The notes under the pieces were generated by a model. It made no database searches. It was not told the DNA's origin and saw only the letters and a list, made by a program, of their open reading frames with translations. DNA of 64,000 nt from Haliotis rufescens (Eukaryota), in contig NW_025964383.1 in assembly GCF_023055435.1 (NCBI RefSeq), positions 47,740,001-47,804,000 on the forward strand, in the 5' to 3' direction. A program made the position numbers and the translations under genes. Below are positions 40,755 through 53,087 of the stretch, piece by piece. The stretch's first letter is position 1, and each line of letters opens with the position of its first letter.

Positions 40755-41340
40755 GTAGTAGTAGCAGTAGTAACAGTAGCAGCAGTAGTAGTAGTAGCAG
40801 CAGTAGTAGTAGTAGTAGTAACAGGAGCAGCAGTAGTAGNNNNNNNNNNNNNNNNNNNNNNNNNNNNNNNNNNNNNNNNNNNNNNNNNNNNNNNNNNNNN
40901 NNNNNNNNNNNNNNNNNNNNNNNNNNNNNNNNNNNNNNNNNNNNNNNNNNNNNNNNNNNNNNNNNNNAACAGGAGCAGCAGTAGTAGTAGTAGCAGCAGT
41001 AACAGTAGCAGCAGCATCAGTAGTAGTAGTAGTAGTTGCAGCAGTAGCAGCAGGAAGTAGTAGCAGCAGTAGTAGTAGTGGCAGTAGTAGCAGTAGTACC
41101 GGCAGTAGCTGTAGTAACAGTAACAGTAGCAGCAGTAGTAGTAGTAGCAGCAGGAAGCAGTAGTAGCAGCAGCAGTAGTAGTTGCAGCAGTAGCAGCAGG
41201 AAGTTGTAGTAGTTGTAGTAGTTGTAGTAGTAGTAGTTGTAGCAGCAGCAGTAGTAGTTGTAGCAGCAGCAGTAGTTGTAGCAGTACTAGTTGTAGCAGC
41301 AGCAGTAGTAGTTGTAGCAGCAGCAGCAGCAGCAGCAGCT
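40755..41340. repeat. (AGT/AGC)n trinucleotide microsatellite with assembly gap (N 40840-40967)
   Basis: Seen directly in the sequence. Confidence 0.92.
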
Positions 41341-42172
41341 CTACTGCGGGGTTGGAGTCCTGCATCAGGACTGTCTGTGACTGTAGAAGTGGATGAGGAA
41401 CACTGATTGTGATGTGTCGTGTGTCAGGTGGACATGTGCACCAATAAAACATCCGTAGCTCTGAGTCTGTGACTGTAGAAGTGGAGGAGGAACACTGACT
41501 GTGATGTGTCGTGTGTCAGGTGGACGGACGTGTGCACCAATAAAACATCCGTAGCTCTATAATGCCCTGGGAGGGGACTTGGTGGTACGTTTGTGTTGAG
41601 CCCTCAAGGTCTGATCACCAAGGATGGCAGTCGCTCAATGAGGCTTCAATCTGTTTGTCCGGGCAGAGGTTATTGCTGTGTATGTAATGGTATTTATATT
41701 GTCCGACAGTGTAACGTCACTCAGCTGAACACGCACACACTCTATGTTCAGAGAGCATTGACAGTGCGCTGGGCCTGCCTTAGTTGAATGTAGAAAGAGA
41801 GCAATTTGATAGTTTGTGTCTTGATTTTATGGACACCCCTTTGTAGGCCCCTGAAGTTCTGCTTTGAGAAAATATAGTTGAGGGACCTTATCTTTATGTT
41901 TCCTAGTTATGAGGAATGAGGACAACAGTGTGTGGAAAGTGATACAGTACAGTGGTAAATCTGTTCTTGTAAATCCGAACTTGACGTCATCTTGTCATCC
42001 TCACCACAGCTCCGAGAATCAAGAATCAAGAATCAAGAATTGTATTGCACAGAACACCCTTGTAGGGCAGGGTACAAACCAGCTACATTTGGGAATAAAT
42101 ATAATTGTAGACATGAAAGGTAGATATACATTATGTACGTTGTATATAGAGACATTTCATATTATTTTTTTA

Positions 42173-42323
42173 TCGATTTCCGACATGGGTACAATGTGTG
42201 AAAACCATTTCTGGTGTCCCCCGCCGTGATATTGCTGGAATATTGCTAAAAGCGGCGTAAAACCATACTCACTCACTCACTCACTCACTCACTCACTCAC
42301 TCACTCACTCACTCACTCACTCA
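42173..42323 (+). mobile_element. 5'-truncated family B SINE with expanded (ACTC)n tail
   Basis: tcgatttccgacatgggtacaatgtgtgaaaaccatttctggtgtcccccgccgtgatattgctggaatattgctaaaagcggcgtaaaaccat followed by (actc)~14. Confidence 0.8.
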
Positions 42324-42452
42324 TATTATTTTCATTCATGGTTAAGATTTATAGATATCACAAGGTGGCTGGCAGACGCGTGACCTGTGCAGGTGTGTTA
42401 GAGTTGAGTGTCCTGGCCAACTATGTCATATCAGGACAGTTACACTCAACTG

Positions 42453-42530
42453 GACCGCCTCCGTGGTCTAGTAGTAGAGCGCCTGCCCCGAGAGCGGAAG
42501 GTCCTGTGTTCGATCCCAAGCTGCATCATA
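42453..42530 (+). mobile_element. tRNA-like head of the Meta-type SINE, 3'-truncated and followed by a ~39-bp tandem repeat (42535-42692)
   Basis: gaccgcctccgtggtctagtagtagagcgcctgccccgagagcggaaggtcctgtgttcgatccc matches 24950-25028. Confidence 0.75.
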
Positions 42531-44082
42531 CGGAAACTGAGTGTCTGGAGGGTGTCTGGGTCTGACGGAGACTGAGTGAGTGTCTGGAGGGTGTCAGTGT
42601 CTGACGGAGACTGAGTGAGTGTCTGGAGGGTGTCTGGGTCTGACGGAGACTGAGTGAGTGTCTGGAGGGTGTCAGTGTTTGGGTGTCTGGAGAGTGATGC
42701 GGGAGCCCGTACATGTGCAGACTAAGATATGCACCATTCATGCAGTGATGAATATTTGATGTAGGATTTGCATGGATATACACTGACTCATGGTGTGACA
42801 GGAACACCGCCTCCCAGGCCATGAAACACTTGCTGTTCTGTGGATGTTTATGGTGCATTAATAATTCTCTGTGTTTGTTCTTGCGTGCCATGAGAAAAGA
42901 ACGAAAATAAGTCAAGAGTTAAGACTAACAGCAGTTAACTGGATATTGACAGCTCTTAACATATATTACCAAACTGATATATTTCCTGGAACAGAACGTT
43001 TTTTTGTGGACAATACGTTCGAATTAGAGTGAGTGCTATTGGGAGACTGGAAAACCGTCCCCAGAAACCCTACACTAAAACATACAGCGGTAGGAGTGTC
43101 AATGGGCACTAATAAAACTGTTCACAGGGTGTCGTAAAATTCAAAGTTTATGGTCAAAATTGGCAGAGGAGAGGTTTGCCATTACAAATAGCAAGGATAC
43201 CTTTAAGTGTTATGTTTTTGTGTGTGCCATATTTGAATGTTGAAGTACAAGTTGTCAGAAACCCGGTTTCCTGGACTCAGTTTCCGAGGATAAATAGTTT
43301 TAGGTCATAAAAATGACTCGGTTGTGGGCAGAAAAGAATTGTAAAGAATCCACAACGCTCCCCACAGGTTCTTGAATAATTCATGTCTGTTCTCTGTGAA
43401 GACAGCCAGCCTAGGTGGACTGGCCTGAATGAAAACGGCCCTTAATTGAAGGCAAGCGAACATAAAAGACTGGCGCATAAAAATCTGAATATTTTATTTA
43501 TTGAATTGGAATTTGGTTTATGACAAAGTGTCTATTGTAGAAGACTTCTCTGCTGTTGAACACAAGTCATTGGAAATGAGTCTCAGGTACTCCGCTGTCT
43601 CCCATATGATAAAGTCGGCCACATCCATCACGGTTCATGTTTCCCTGGGCGTACACAAGGGGGGCATTTGAGCTAAGGCTTTGTGTCTTGAAAACAGACA
43701 GGAGTGATGGATATTGTGCAAATGTTGTTAAGTAGAGTCAATACGGAAAAGTGGATGTAGACTCTGGCGAATAATATATCTTTTAGGTAGCTGAAGACTG
43801 ATTAGTCAAATGGTGTCCTGGATAACATGTTTCATGATTACTGAGTGTCCACAATGTTCAGGTTATGACTGTTGGTGATCCAAGAGTATGTTATGATGAG
43901 TATGTTATAATGGACAATAAGTTGTAGGCATTAAAACTATTTGATGTCAAAACTGAACAATGTTTTTTTGCCCTCACAAAATGTACATCCATAAATTCAG
44001 AATATATCAAAAAGATCCTAAAGTGTATTTTAAAAGCTTTTGCTTGTTGTGAATACTTGACTGCTGTGAATTTCTTGTCTGC

Positions 44083-44935
44083 CCGTTGTGGTGCTGTGGG
44101 GCTGGAGGTATCCCTTGTGGCGCTGTGGGGCTGGAGGTATCCGTTGAGTGGTGCTGTGGGGCTGGAGGTATCCGTTGTGGTGCTGTGGGGCTGGAGGTAT
44201 CCGTTGTGGTGCTGTGGGGCTGGAGGTATCCGTTTTGGTGCTGTGGGGCTGGAGGTATCCGTTGTGGTGCTGTGGGGCTGGAGGTATCCGTTGTGGTGCT
44301 GTGGGGCTGGAGGTATCCGTTGAGTGGTGCTGTGGGGCTGGAGGTATCCGTTGAGTGGTGCTGTGGGGCTGGAGGTATCCGTTGTGGTGCTGTGGGGCTG
44401 GAGGTATCCGTTGAGTGGTGCTGTGGGGCTGGAGGTATCCGTTGAGTGGTGCTGTGGGGCTGGAGGTATCCGTTGTGGTGCTGTGGGGCTGGAGGTATCC
44501 GTTGAGTGGTGCTGTGGGGCTGGAGGTATCCGTTGTGGTGCTGTGGGGCTGGAGGTATCCGTTTTGGTGCTGTGGGGCTGGAGGTATCCGTTGTGGTGCT
44601 GTGGGGCTGGAGGTATCCGTTGTGGTGCTGTGGGGCTGGAGGTATCCGTTGAGTGGTGCTGTGGGGCTGGAGGTATCCGTTGAGTGGTGCTGTGGGGCTG
44701 GAGGTATCCGTTGAGTGGTGCTGTGGGGCTGGAGGTATCCGTTGTGGTGCTGTGGGGCTGGAGGTATCCGTTGAGTGGTGCTGTGGGGCTGGAGGTATCC
44801 GTTGAGTGGTGCTGTGGGGCTGGAGGTATCCGTTGAGTGGTGCTGTGGGGCTGGAGGTATCCGTTGAGTGGTGCTGTGGGGCTGGAGGTATCCGTTGTGG
44901 TGCTGTGGGGCTGGAGGTATCCGTTGAGTGGCGCT
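44083..44935. repeat. Minisatellite, 29/31-bp unit x ~28
   Basis: Unit gtggtgctgtggggctggaggtatccgtt with or without a GA insertion. Confidence 0.95.
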
Positions 44936-45808
44936 GGGTCCGTGGCCAGGTGTGTACACACATGCACATATACAAGCTTGTCGCTTGTCACCAGCCAAAT
45001 AGGAGATGCTTGATTTCAAAAGAATGTTGCTGCTGCTTGTAAATATTCTTACGCTAAACTTGTTTTAAATGACTTTAGAATATGACTGCTTTCTCCGACA
45101 TATGGGTTTGTGAAATATCCACGCAGTGACAGACTTTTGAAGGAGGTTGTCTTGAGACAAATGTTTAAATATTAAAAATGTCCTTCCATTCATGTGAATG
45201 ATGAAACCAATTCAATTGCAATCATTAGAATTTGAACTATTCTTAGGCCTCCTTAGTGAGTGTTTTGGTGATTCGGCAAATTTCTACAAATACAAATTTA
45301 ATTTTCATAGCTGTTTCCTGGCTAAATTGCAAAATAAATTCACAGACCTTCTTGATGTGCTTCAGTTGTTGAAAGTTGCTCCTTGGGGATAGCTGGAATC
45401 AGTTAAACTTTTTTTCCATATGGATGCTATGGCAAGTATATTTCTTACCGTTAACCCATTCTGTTGTAAGACTTCATGTTGATGTGTGCTGGCAGCAAGT
45501 TGCCTGGCTCACTCCTATGTACCATGCTTGTGCACTCCACACACCATGGCTGGAGTTTGTTGGTGGGTCTATATGCTGGAGGTTGTTGAAGTGAGGGGTT
45601 GTAGAAGTTGTGGAAGAAGGGGACTGTGGAAGTTAGGGGTCGTGGAAGGTAAGGGGTTAAAACCGGCAAAGGGTCCTGGTGTATCAGCTGGGAAATGCAG
45701 TGTATGCGAGTAAATCATGAGCGGCCGTCTCCACAAGCTGGTTGAACTATTATGAGGGTTTAGTGGGAAGCCTGGTAGTTTAGGGATATGGTAGAAGCAT
45801 TCCTAGCT

Positions 45809-46240
45809 TGTACAGTACGTATCACATGCCAGTCCCCCTCACAGTGTTGTCAGCCCCTTGTACAGTACGTATCACATGCCAGTCCCTGGTACAGTACGTA
45901 TCACATGCCAGTCCCTAGTACAGTACGTATCACATGCCAGTCCCTAGTACAGTAGGTATCACATGCCTGTCCCTGTCACACCGTTGTCAGCCCCTTGTAC
46001 GGTACGTATCACATGCCAGTCCCTAGTACAGTGCGTATCACATGCCTGTCCCTGTCACACCGTTGTCAGCCCCTAGTACAGTACGTATCACATGCCAGTC
46101 CCTAGTACAGTACGTATCACATGCCAGTCCCTAGTACAGTACGTATCACATGCCAGTCCCTAGTACAGTACGTATCACATGCCAGTCCCTAGTACAGTAC
46201 GTATCACATGCCAGTCCCCGTCAGCCCATCGTACAGTACC
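45809..46240. repeat. Minisatellite, 29-bp unit with ~50-bp long variants
   Basis: Unit gtacagtacgtatcacatgccagtcccta. Confidence 0.9.
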
Positions 46241-47069
46241 TCTCACGTGGACCTCCTTGGTAACGCATTTCTCTATCTGCTCAGTTACAGGTATCCATTG
46301 GGAAAATATTATGCTCCTACTTTGAGTAGTTGTCTTGTGAGATTTCAACAACAAAAAAGTGTGATGAAGAAAGGGAAGTAACTTTTGATGTAGACTGTAT
46401 TTCCCGATGCACTGTAAGCTGTCCTACATACAATCTGTGTTAATGAGAGGAATTGTTTGTTTGTCTACACTTACAGTACGTTACAGCTTATTCCAAGAAT
46501 AGGATGTTATTTCTGCTGCGTACTGTACTTGACACTACTCAGCGTCAACCCCAGAATACAGTGTGCTCAGACAGAGATGTTTTATGTCCTTCTTCCTGCA
46601 AGGGCTGTGTTGTGACTGGTGGGAAGAGCAGACCTCTGGTAGAAGCATTAGCCCGGCCCCTGTCGCACAAGGCTCGCGTTGGGTTTGATATGTGCCGCGG
46701 AATATATTTATTTTGTTTCTTGCTATCTGCTTCATTTGCCCTCAAAGCTGTATTTCTTAGACTGGGGGAATGTTTTGTAAAAAAATAACACAATTTATAG
46801 TTGTGAACATGGCTTGAAATATGCAATAACCATATGTTGGATTTGAAATGTTTGAGATAGCACAGTAGGTATGTTGCTGCAGTGTATTCGGATATGTGTT
46901 TCAAGGAAACTCTATCGTTACAAATTGGTTATGTGTGTAAGTGCTGGTCTATGAAGGCAATCCTACCTTATAAATGGGATAATTAGGAACTAAAATCAGT
47001 TTGTTATTCAAATTTAGTTTTTGTAGCATTTTAGTTGGTGACCTTTCTGGTGTTCACATAGTCTTTAAT

Positions 47070-47250
47070 ACAGACCCTGAAAATTCTTTTATCCAATACA
47101 GCTAGTGCAAGTCTATAATATTTAGCCAATCTAAATTACTGCAGTATCCAAAAATGAAGAGTCTCTGGGATCCTTTTTATTTTATTTTTCTAACCATAAT
47201 TTAACAAAGGTTTTATACGTCAAATATGTTCATGTGAGAGACTAGATGTT
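47070..47250 (+). repeat. Interspersed repeat family D, uninterrupted copy
   Basis: acagaccctgaaaattcttttatccaatacagctagtgcaagtctataatatttagccaatctaaattactgcagtatc...gagactagatgtt. Confidence 0.65.
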
Positions 47251-47949
47251 GTTGTTCGTACTCCAGACAAGATGTGAAAGGAGGTGTAGGGAATGACTTC
47301 CAACCTGGCTTGTTGTACCAGCTCATGATGCAGCTTAGCTTGCAACCAAATTGCTAAATTGACCTATTACAGCAAAGATCTCAATCATAGAAAGTGTTGT
47401 TGCAAAGGGCAGCTGTATGGTGGGTCTAGACGCTGTAATGGTTGGCTACAGCTGCTGGTGTTGGCTGGGGTCACCTACCTGGTGATGGAGCTCCCCCCAG
47501 GGATGCAGGGCTGATCACGCTGCTTCTTACACCGACACTAATCATGTAACAACATTTACGTGCGTTTGTCTGTCCTGCCCTCCCCTCACTGCTGGTACTG
47601 GGGTTTAAATGTGAAGCTGTTTTATACTGATGCTAATGTACCTCGGGGAATGAAGGAGCACTGTTAGAGGATAAGTCTTGTGTTCGGTGTTTGCAGCAGC
47701 ATGCTGGAGACATGGATTCTGATTGACGTAGTGTGGTGTGGTGTGTTTGGTGTGGTGTGGTTTGGTGTGTTGTGTGTGTGTTGTGTGTGGTGTGGGGTGT
47801 GGTGTGGGTGTCAGAAGAGAAAAATATGTATTCCATCACTTCAGAAAAGATATACACTCTCTCACCTCAGAGGAGATATTAGATACTCACTCACTTCAGT
47901 GTTTAACAGAACTGATCGCTGCTTTTTATTTTCCATGTCTACTTCACAT

Positions 47950-48359
47950 CAGGGCTGGGGCGAGTAACTCGGGTACCCAGGTCGGGTGGGTACTGAGTAG
48001 GACCCGGGTACCCACAGGACTACCCAGACCCGGGGTCACGTGATATATTGTTTATTGACAAACATTATCTAGAACTCTATGGTTACACTACAAGTCATTA
48101 ATGTTCGCATTTCTTTCTGACTATGCACCATTCCTTCTGATTTTTCATCTGGTTGAATAAGATATAACTTAATTCAACTTCAGTGTATGAATGACCAGGT
48201 TGTTTAATACATGTATCTAAATACGTTTTGCCAGGGCTATTCTAAAAATGTTCCCAATCAGATATTTTGGGACATCTCCTGAGACCTACAGTGGGTACCC
48301 AGGTAGGGTTATAGGGGGGTGGGTACCCGGGTAGTAAATTTGGACTCGTCCCAGCCCTA
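47950..48359. mobile_element. hAT-superfamily MITE (410 bp)
   Basis: TIRs CAGGGCTGGGGCGAGT / ACTCGTCCCAGCCCTA, perfect 8-bp TSD cttcacat (47942-47949 / 48360-48367), and subterminal GGGTACCC repeats at both ends. Confidence 0.9.
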
Positions 48360-48480
48360 CTTCACATGGCCATTTGAGACTGTCTGCGAACTGTCTGTTT
48401 TACATGTCTACTTCACAACTGTTTGATACTGTCCCTGCACTGTTTTTTAAACTGGCCTACTCCAAGAGAGACACCAGCAT

Positions 48481-49760
48481 GGTGGAACGTGTAGTTTGGC
48501 CTGACAGTGGTATATATACACACAGTATTGTCCTATAGGATGAGGTGGAACGTGTAGTTAGTGCCTGACAGTGGTGTATATATACACACAGTATTGTCCT
48601 ATAGGATGAGGTGGAACGTGTAGTTTGGCCTGACAGTGGTTACATGTACACACAGTATTGTCCTATAGGATGAGGTGGAACGTGTAGTTTGGCCTGACAG
48701 TGGTATATATACACACAGTATTGTCCTATAGGATGAGGTGGAACGTGTAGTTTGGCCTGACAGTGGTATATATACACACAGTACTGTCCTATAGGATGGG
48801 GTGGAACGTGTAGTTTGGCCTGACAGTAGTATATATACACACAGTATTGTCCTATAGGATGAGGTGGAACGTGTAGTTTGGCCTGACAGTGGTACATGTA
48901 TATACACAGTATTGTCCTATAGGATGAGGTGGAACGTGTAGTTTGGCCTGACAGTGGTGTATATATACACACAGTATTGTCCTATAGGATGGGGTGGAAC
49001 GTGTAGTTTGGCCTGACAGTGGTACATGTATACACAGTATTGTCCTATAGGATGAGGTGGAACGTGTAGTTTGGCCTGACAGTGGTATATATACACACAG
49101 TATTGTCCTATAGGATGAGGTGGAACGTGTAGTTTGGCCTGACAGTGGTGTATATATACACACAGTATTGTCCTATAGGATGAGGTGGAACGTGTAGTTT
49201 GGCCTGACAGTGGTACATGTATATACACAGTATTGTCCTATAGGATGAGGTGGAACGTGTAGTTTGGCCTGACAGTGGTGTATATATACACACAGTATTG
49301 TCCTATAGGATGAGGTGGAACGTGTAGTTTGGCCTGACAGTGGTGTATATATACACACAGTATTGTCCTATAGGATGGGGTGGAACGTGTAGTTTGGCCT
49401 GACAGTGGTACATGTATACACAGTATTGTCCTATAGGATGAGGTGGAACGTGTAGTTTGGCCTGACAGTGGTATATATACACACAGTATTGTCCTATAGG
49501 ATGAGGTGGAACGTGTAGTTTGGCCTGACAGTGGTATATATACACACAGTATTGTCCTATAGGATGGGGTGGAACGTGTAGTTTGGCCTGACAGTGGTAC
49601 ATGTATACACAGTATTGTCCTATAGGATGAGGTGGAACGTGTAGTTTGGCCTGACAGTGGTACATGTATACACAGTATTGTCCTATAGGATGAGGTGGAA
49701 CGTGTAGTTTTGCCTGACAGTGGTACATATACACACAGTACTGTCCGATAGGATGGGGGT
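48481..49760. repeat. Minisatellite, 63-65-bp unit x ~20
   Basis: Unit ggtggaacgtgtagtttggcctgacagtggtatatatacacacagtattgtcctataggatga. Confidence 0.95.
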
Positions 49761-50679
49761 AATATAATGTGTACCTCCGCTCTGTCTGCTCTGATGAGGG
49801 GAGGGATGTGGGCCTTGCAGCGGACATCACTTGTTGCTCCCGGCTGGAGTGCTCGTCTGTAGTACGGTACATGTAAATTATTCATACACATGAAGTGAGT
49901 TACTACATAGCTGACTGAAGCTAAATACAAGGCTGACAAGTCTCTTGGTCTGAGATGTAAATCCCCCATTGTCAAGCCCGGATGCCATTGATTGCAGTCC
50001 GTCACCAGACATCTAACAAGGCTCAAGTCCTCTTTGATTGTAATGAAATCTACAACTTGAACTGGCGATATTCATATTTCATCACTAGTAGATCGCTCCC
50101 GGAGGACCAGTCTCCAAAGCAAGGAGTGGCAAGTGATTGCCATTGTTAATTCATTACTGCTTTTTTTTCAGGTACACTTTTGTTCTGTGTCTGTGTGCGT
50201 TTCACACTTGCAAGCATGTGCATGTTTGCGTCTGCGTGCCGCATGTCATCAGTGTACATTGCAAGACGGTGCGTTACGTGTTGTACGTTTCGTGCAAGCA
50301 ACTCATCATTTTCAAAGGGATGTGGCTCACATTTCCCCTGGTTCCTATGTTTGTGGGTGTGGGGCGGTGTAGGATGTTGTGCATGGCTGGACCGTGACTT
50401 GCTGAACTTGAAATAAGAGCACATCGCGCTGCAATATTGTGCTGGGCAGTTTACAGAAATAGCCATGCTTGATGCATGTGGCCTTGGATGCTGGAAATAT
50501 GACCTCATAAACATACTTTAATTGCATAAATGATTGATAATTTGATAGTATTTCATTCCCGTGAATGATGTTGATCATTTGTCCTTGTCTGGGTCTGTTA
50601 CATATTTCAGCATTATGTAACATAGGACTTATGGTTTGTTTATCTTACATTATTTCATCTCAGTGTTTTATGTGGATCT

Positions 50680-50913
50680 GACCCGGGAAGACCTGGGTTA
50701 AAATAAGTTTTCAAATATGCTTGTCTAAAGGGGCAACCCATGGGATCAGGTAGTCAGGCTTGCTCACTTGGTCGATGCATGTCATTGTATCCCAAATGTG
50801 TGGATCGATGCTCATGATGTCAATCACTGGATTGTTTGGTCTGACTCGATTATTTACAGACCGCCGTCATATAGCTGGAATATTGCTCTGTGTGACGTTC
50901 AACAACAAACAAA
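50680..50913 (+). mobile_element. Family A copy, diverged
   Basis: gacccgggaagacctgggttaaaataag...gatcgatgctcatgatgtcaatcactggattg...gctggaatattgct...aacaacaaacaaa. Confidence 0.75.
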
Positions 50914-51711
50914 GAATCAAACACTTTGTTGATCTTTTGTCTTGCTGCTAGGTCAGCATTAATTTCCTTGAAAGAATAATGGAGGTTAAATATTCACTAA
51001 GTTTTCTTGACTTACATGTGGAGCCAGGGCTTTACTAATACACTGATAATTGTCTTTTTATTGTAGTCTGTTAACATGTCATGTGGATTCTGGGTTCAAT
51101 CCAATATTGCATCATGGAATAATCGGTAACTGGTAACTCACGATCTACCAATTTTCTAATCCCCTATGTGTTCTCCATAGGTAAGTAGCTGGGATAGGTC
51201 CATGTGATGCTTAACGAGTGACTTCATTGTCAGTCACAGGGGTATTGTTCCCGTCCTGTGTCTTCATCAGTCCTCTTTGCACGGTGAAATCAGTGCCATA
51301 CAGTACATTAACTGTTTGTCTGAATGCTGGGGATCTCGGTGCTCGTGTGCGTTGCCGATGATCGTTTTCGCCAGTCAGGCGTAAATAGCCAAAGTCCCCC
51401 CATCAATGATTCATGCCCAGTGCTGTAAGTATCCCAGATGAAACTGACAATGATCTATAGACGGAAATCAATTTTGCAATTGACGATCCTCATGCCCCCA
51501 GTGGCTAATTGGATTGTGGGTGACTTCATCGGTGACCTCTCCAGGCAAAAGGATTTGACAAGGAGTAGATCATGTGACATGACGGACACATTTTTGTCTG
51601 ATTCCCCATCGGCAATTAGTGTAATTTGGTGCAGATTGGCGAGATGGTGTAATACACCACATAGTTGTGTTAGTGACCCAGACAGGTCAGTGCAGTCACA
51701 GCATCATGGGA

Positions 51712-52303
51712 GCCATGACGATCGAGGTTAGAGTAGGTCTTCAGCAACCCATGCTTGTCTCCTCCCATGAAGATCTGGGTTAGAATAGGTCTTCAGCAAC
51801 CCATGCTTGTCTCCTCCCATGAAGATCTGGGTTAGAACAGGTCTTCAGCAACCCATGCTTGTCTCCTCCAATGAAGATCGAGGTTAGAATAGGTCTTCAG
51901 CAACCCATGCTTGTCTTCCATGAAGATCTGGGTTAGAATAGGTCTTCAGTAACCCATGCTTGTCTCCTCCAATGAAGATCGAGGTTAGAATAGGTCTTCA
52001 GCAACCCATGCTTGTTTCCTCAGGTGAAGATTGAGGTTAGAATAGGTCTTCAGCAACCCATGATTGTTGGAAGACGTGACAATACTTGTCGTAAGACGTG
52101 ACTATGCTTGTCGGAAGACGCGAATAAAAGGATCTAGTGCTGATACTCAGTGACCTGGTTGATGTGTGTCATCATAGCCCAGTTGCATAGATCGATGCTC
52201 ATGATGTCAATCACTGGATTGTCTGGCCCAGACAGACTGCTGTGTATCTGCAATATTGCTGAGTGTGGCTTTAAAACAACAAACAAACAATCAAATAAAC
52301 AAC
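51712..52303 (+). mobile_element. Family A copy with ~52-bp head repeated ~7 times
   Basis: ccatgaagatctgggttagaataggtcttcagcaacccatgcttgtctcctc repeated from 51713 to ~52065, then body and (AAAC)n tail. Confidence 0.85.
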
Positions 52304-52722
52304 ATCATTGGACAAATATGCGTGGTCTGACAACACGCTGTAGCACAGGCCATCACACAATGGTGTTCTCCTGAAGCTTAAGTGGCTGCTTTGTTGAAGT
52401 TCAGAACTTGCCAGAGTTTCATGTTGAGAGGGAGGATATCAATATTATATTTAAGATTCCAATTTTATCATTGACGAAGTGATTGAAAGTTGGAATTATT
52501 TTTGAACATATGAATTGATAATGACTACTGTGATATTAACATTTCTGAAGTGATCGTACTGGTCCTCAAAGCTTTCAACTCCAGTTCTAATGCCATTATG
52601 GTAAATATTATATTTAATGCCTTTTGTCATATTCTCATTTCATGAAATGGTCCATGACACTGGGTCTTGTGATTGGATACATTGTGTAGCATATATTTCC
52701 CGTTGTGTTCTTTGGACACCAG

Positions 52723-52830
52723 GGTGACATTGTACAAAACAACCTTAGCGCTATGACTTAGCGTAAGCCTATGTTAAAGTATGGGAGTTACGATCACCTT
52801 AGTGCTAAGATCGCTTTGTACAACAGCACC
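52723..52830. mobile_element. Small palindromic MITE (possibly PIF/Harbinger-like)
   Basis: CAG|GGTGACATTGTACAAAACAACCTTAGCGCTA ... TAGTGCTAAGATCGCTTTGTACAACAGCACC|CAG: ~30-bp imperfect TIRs with 3-bp CAG flanks. Confidence 0.6.
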
Positions 52831-53087
52831 CAGGTGAACATGTATGGGGAATGGTGCTATTACAGGCATAGCAAGGCCTCCAATATATATATGTCAAACT
52901 TAGCATAATAATGTGCATATTAATAATGCACCAAATCCACACCCAAAAGCATGTTCAAAGCATTACATTATTACCTGGCTCAATGGATCCGGGCACTTGA
53001 GTTTAGTGTGGGGCAGGACTACTGACCTGGACACTCTCATCTCCCACTCCTCGCCATGACCAGTGGTCCTTGCTTGTCTTTGTATGT

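Noticed and set aside
40721-41452. Poly-Ser / poly-Leu ORFs
   Set aside because: Trinucleotide microsatellite spanning an assembly gap.
43891-45042. Overlapping 320-366 aa Pro/His/Thr-rich ORFs
   Set aside because: All three - strand frames are open because the 29/31-bp repeat lacks stops; artefact.
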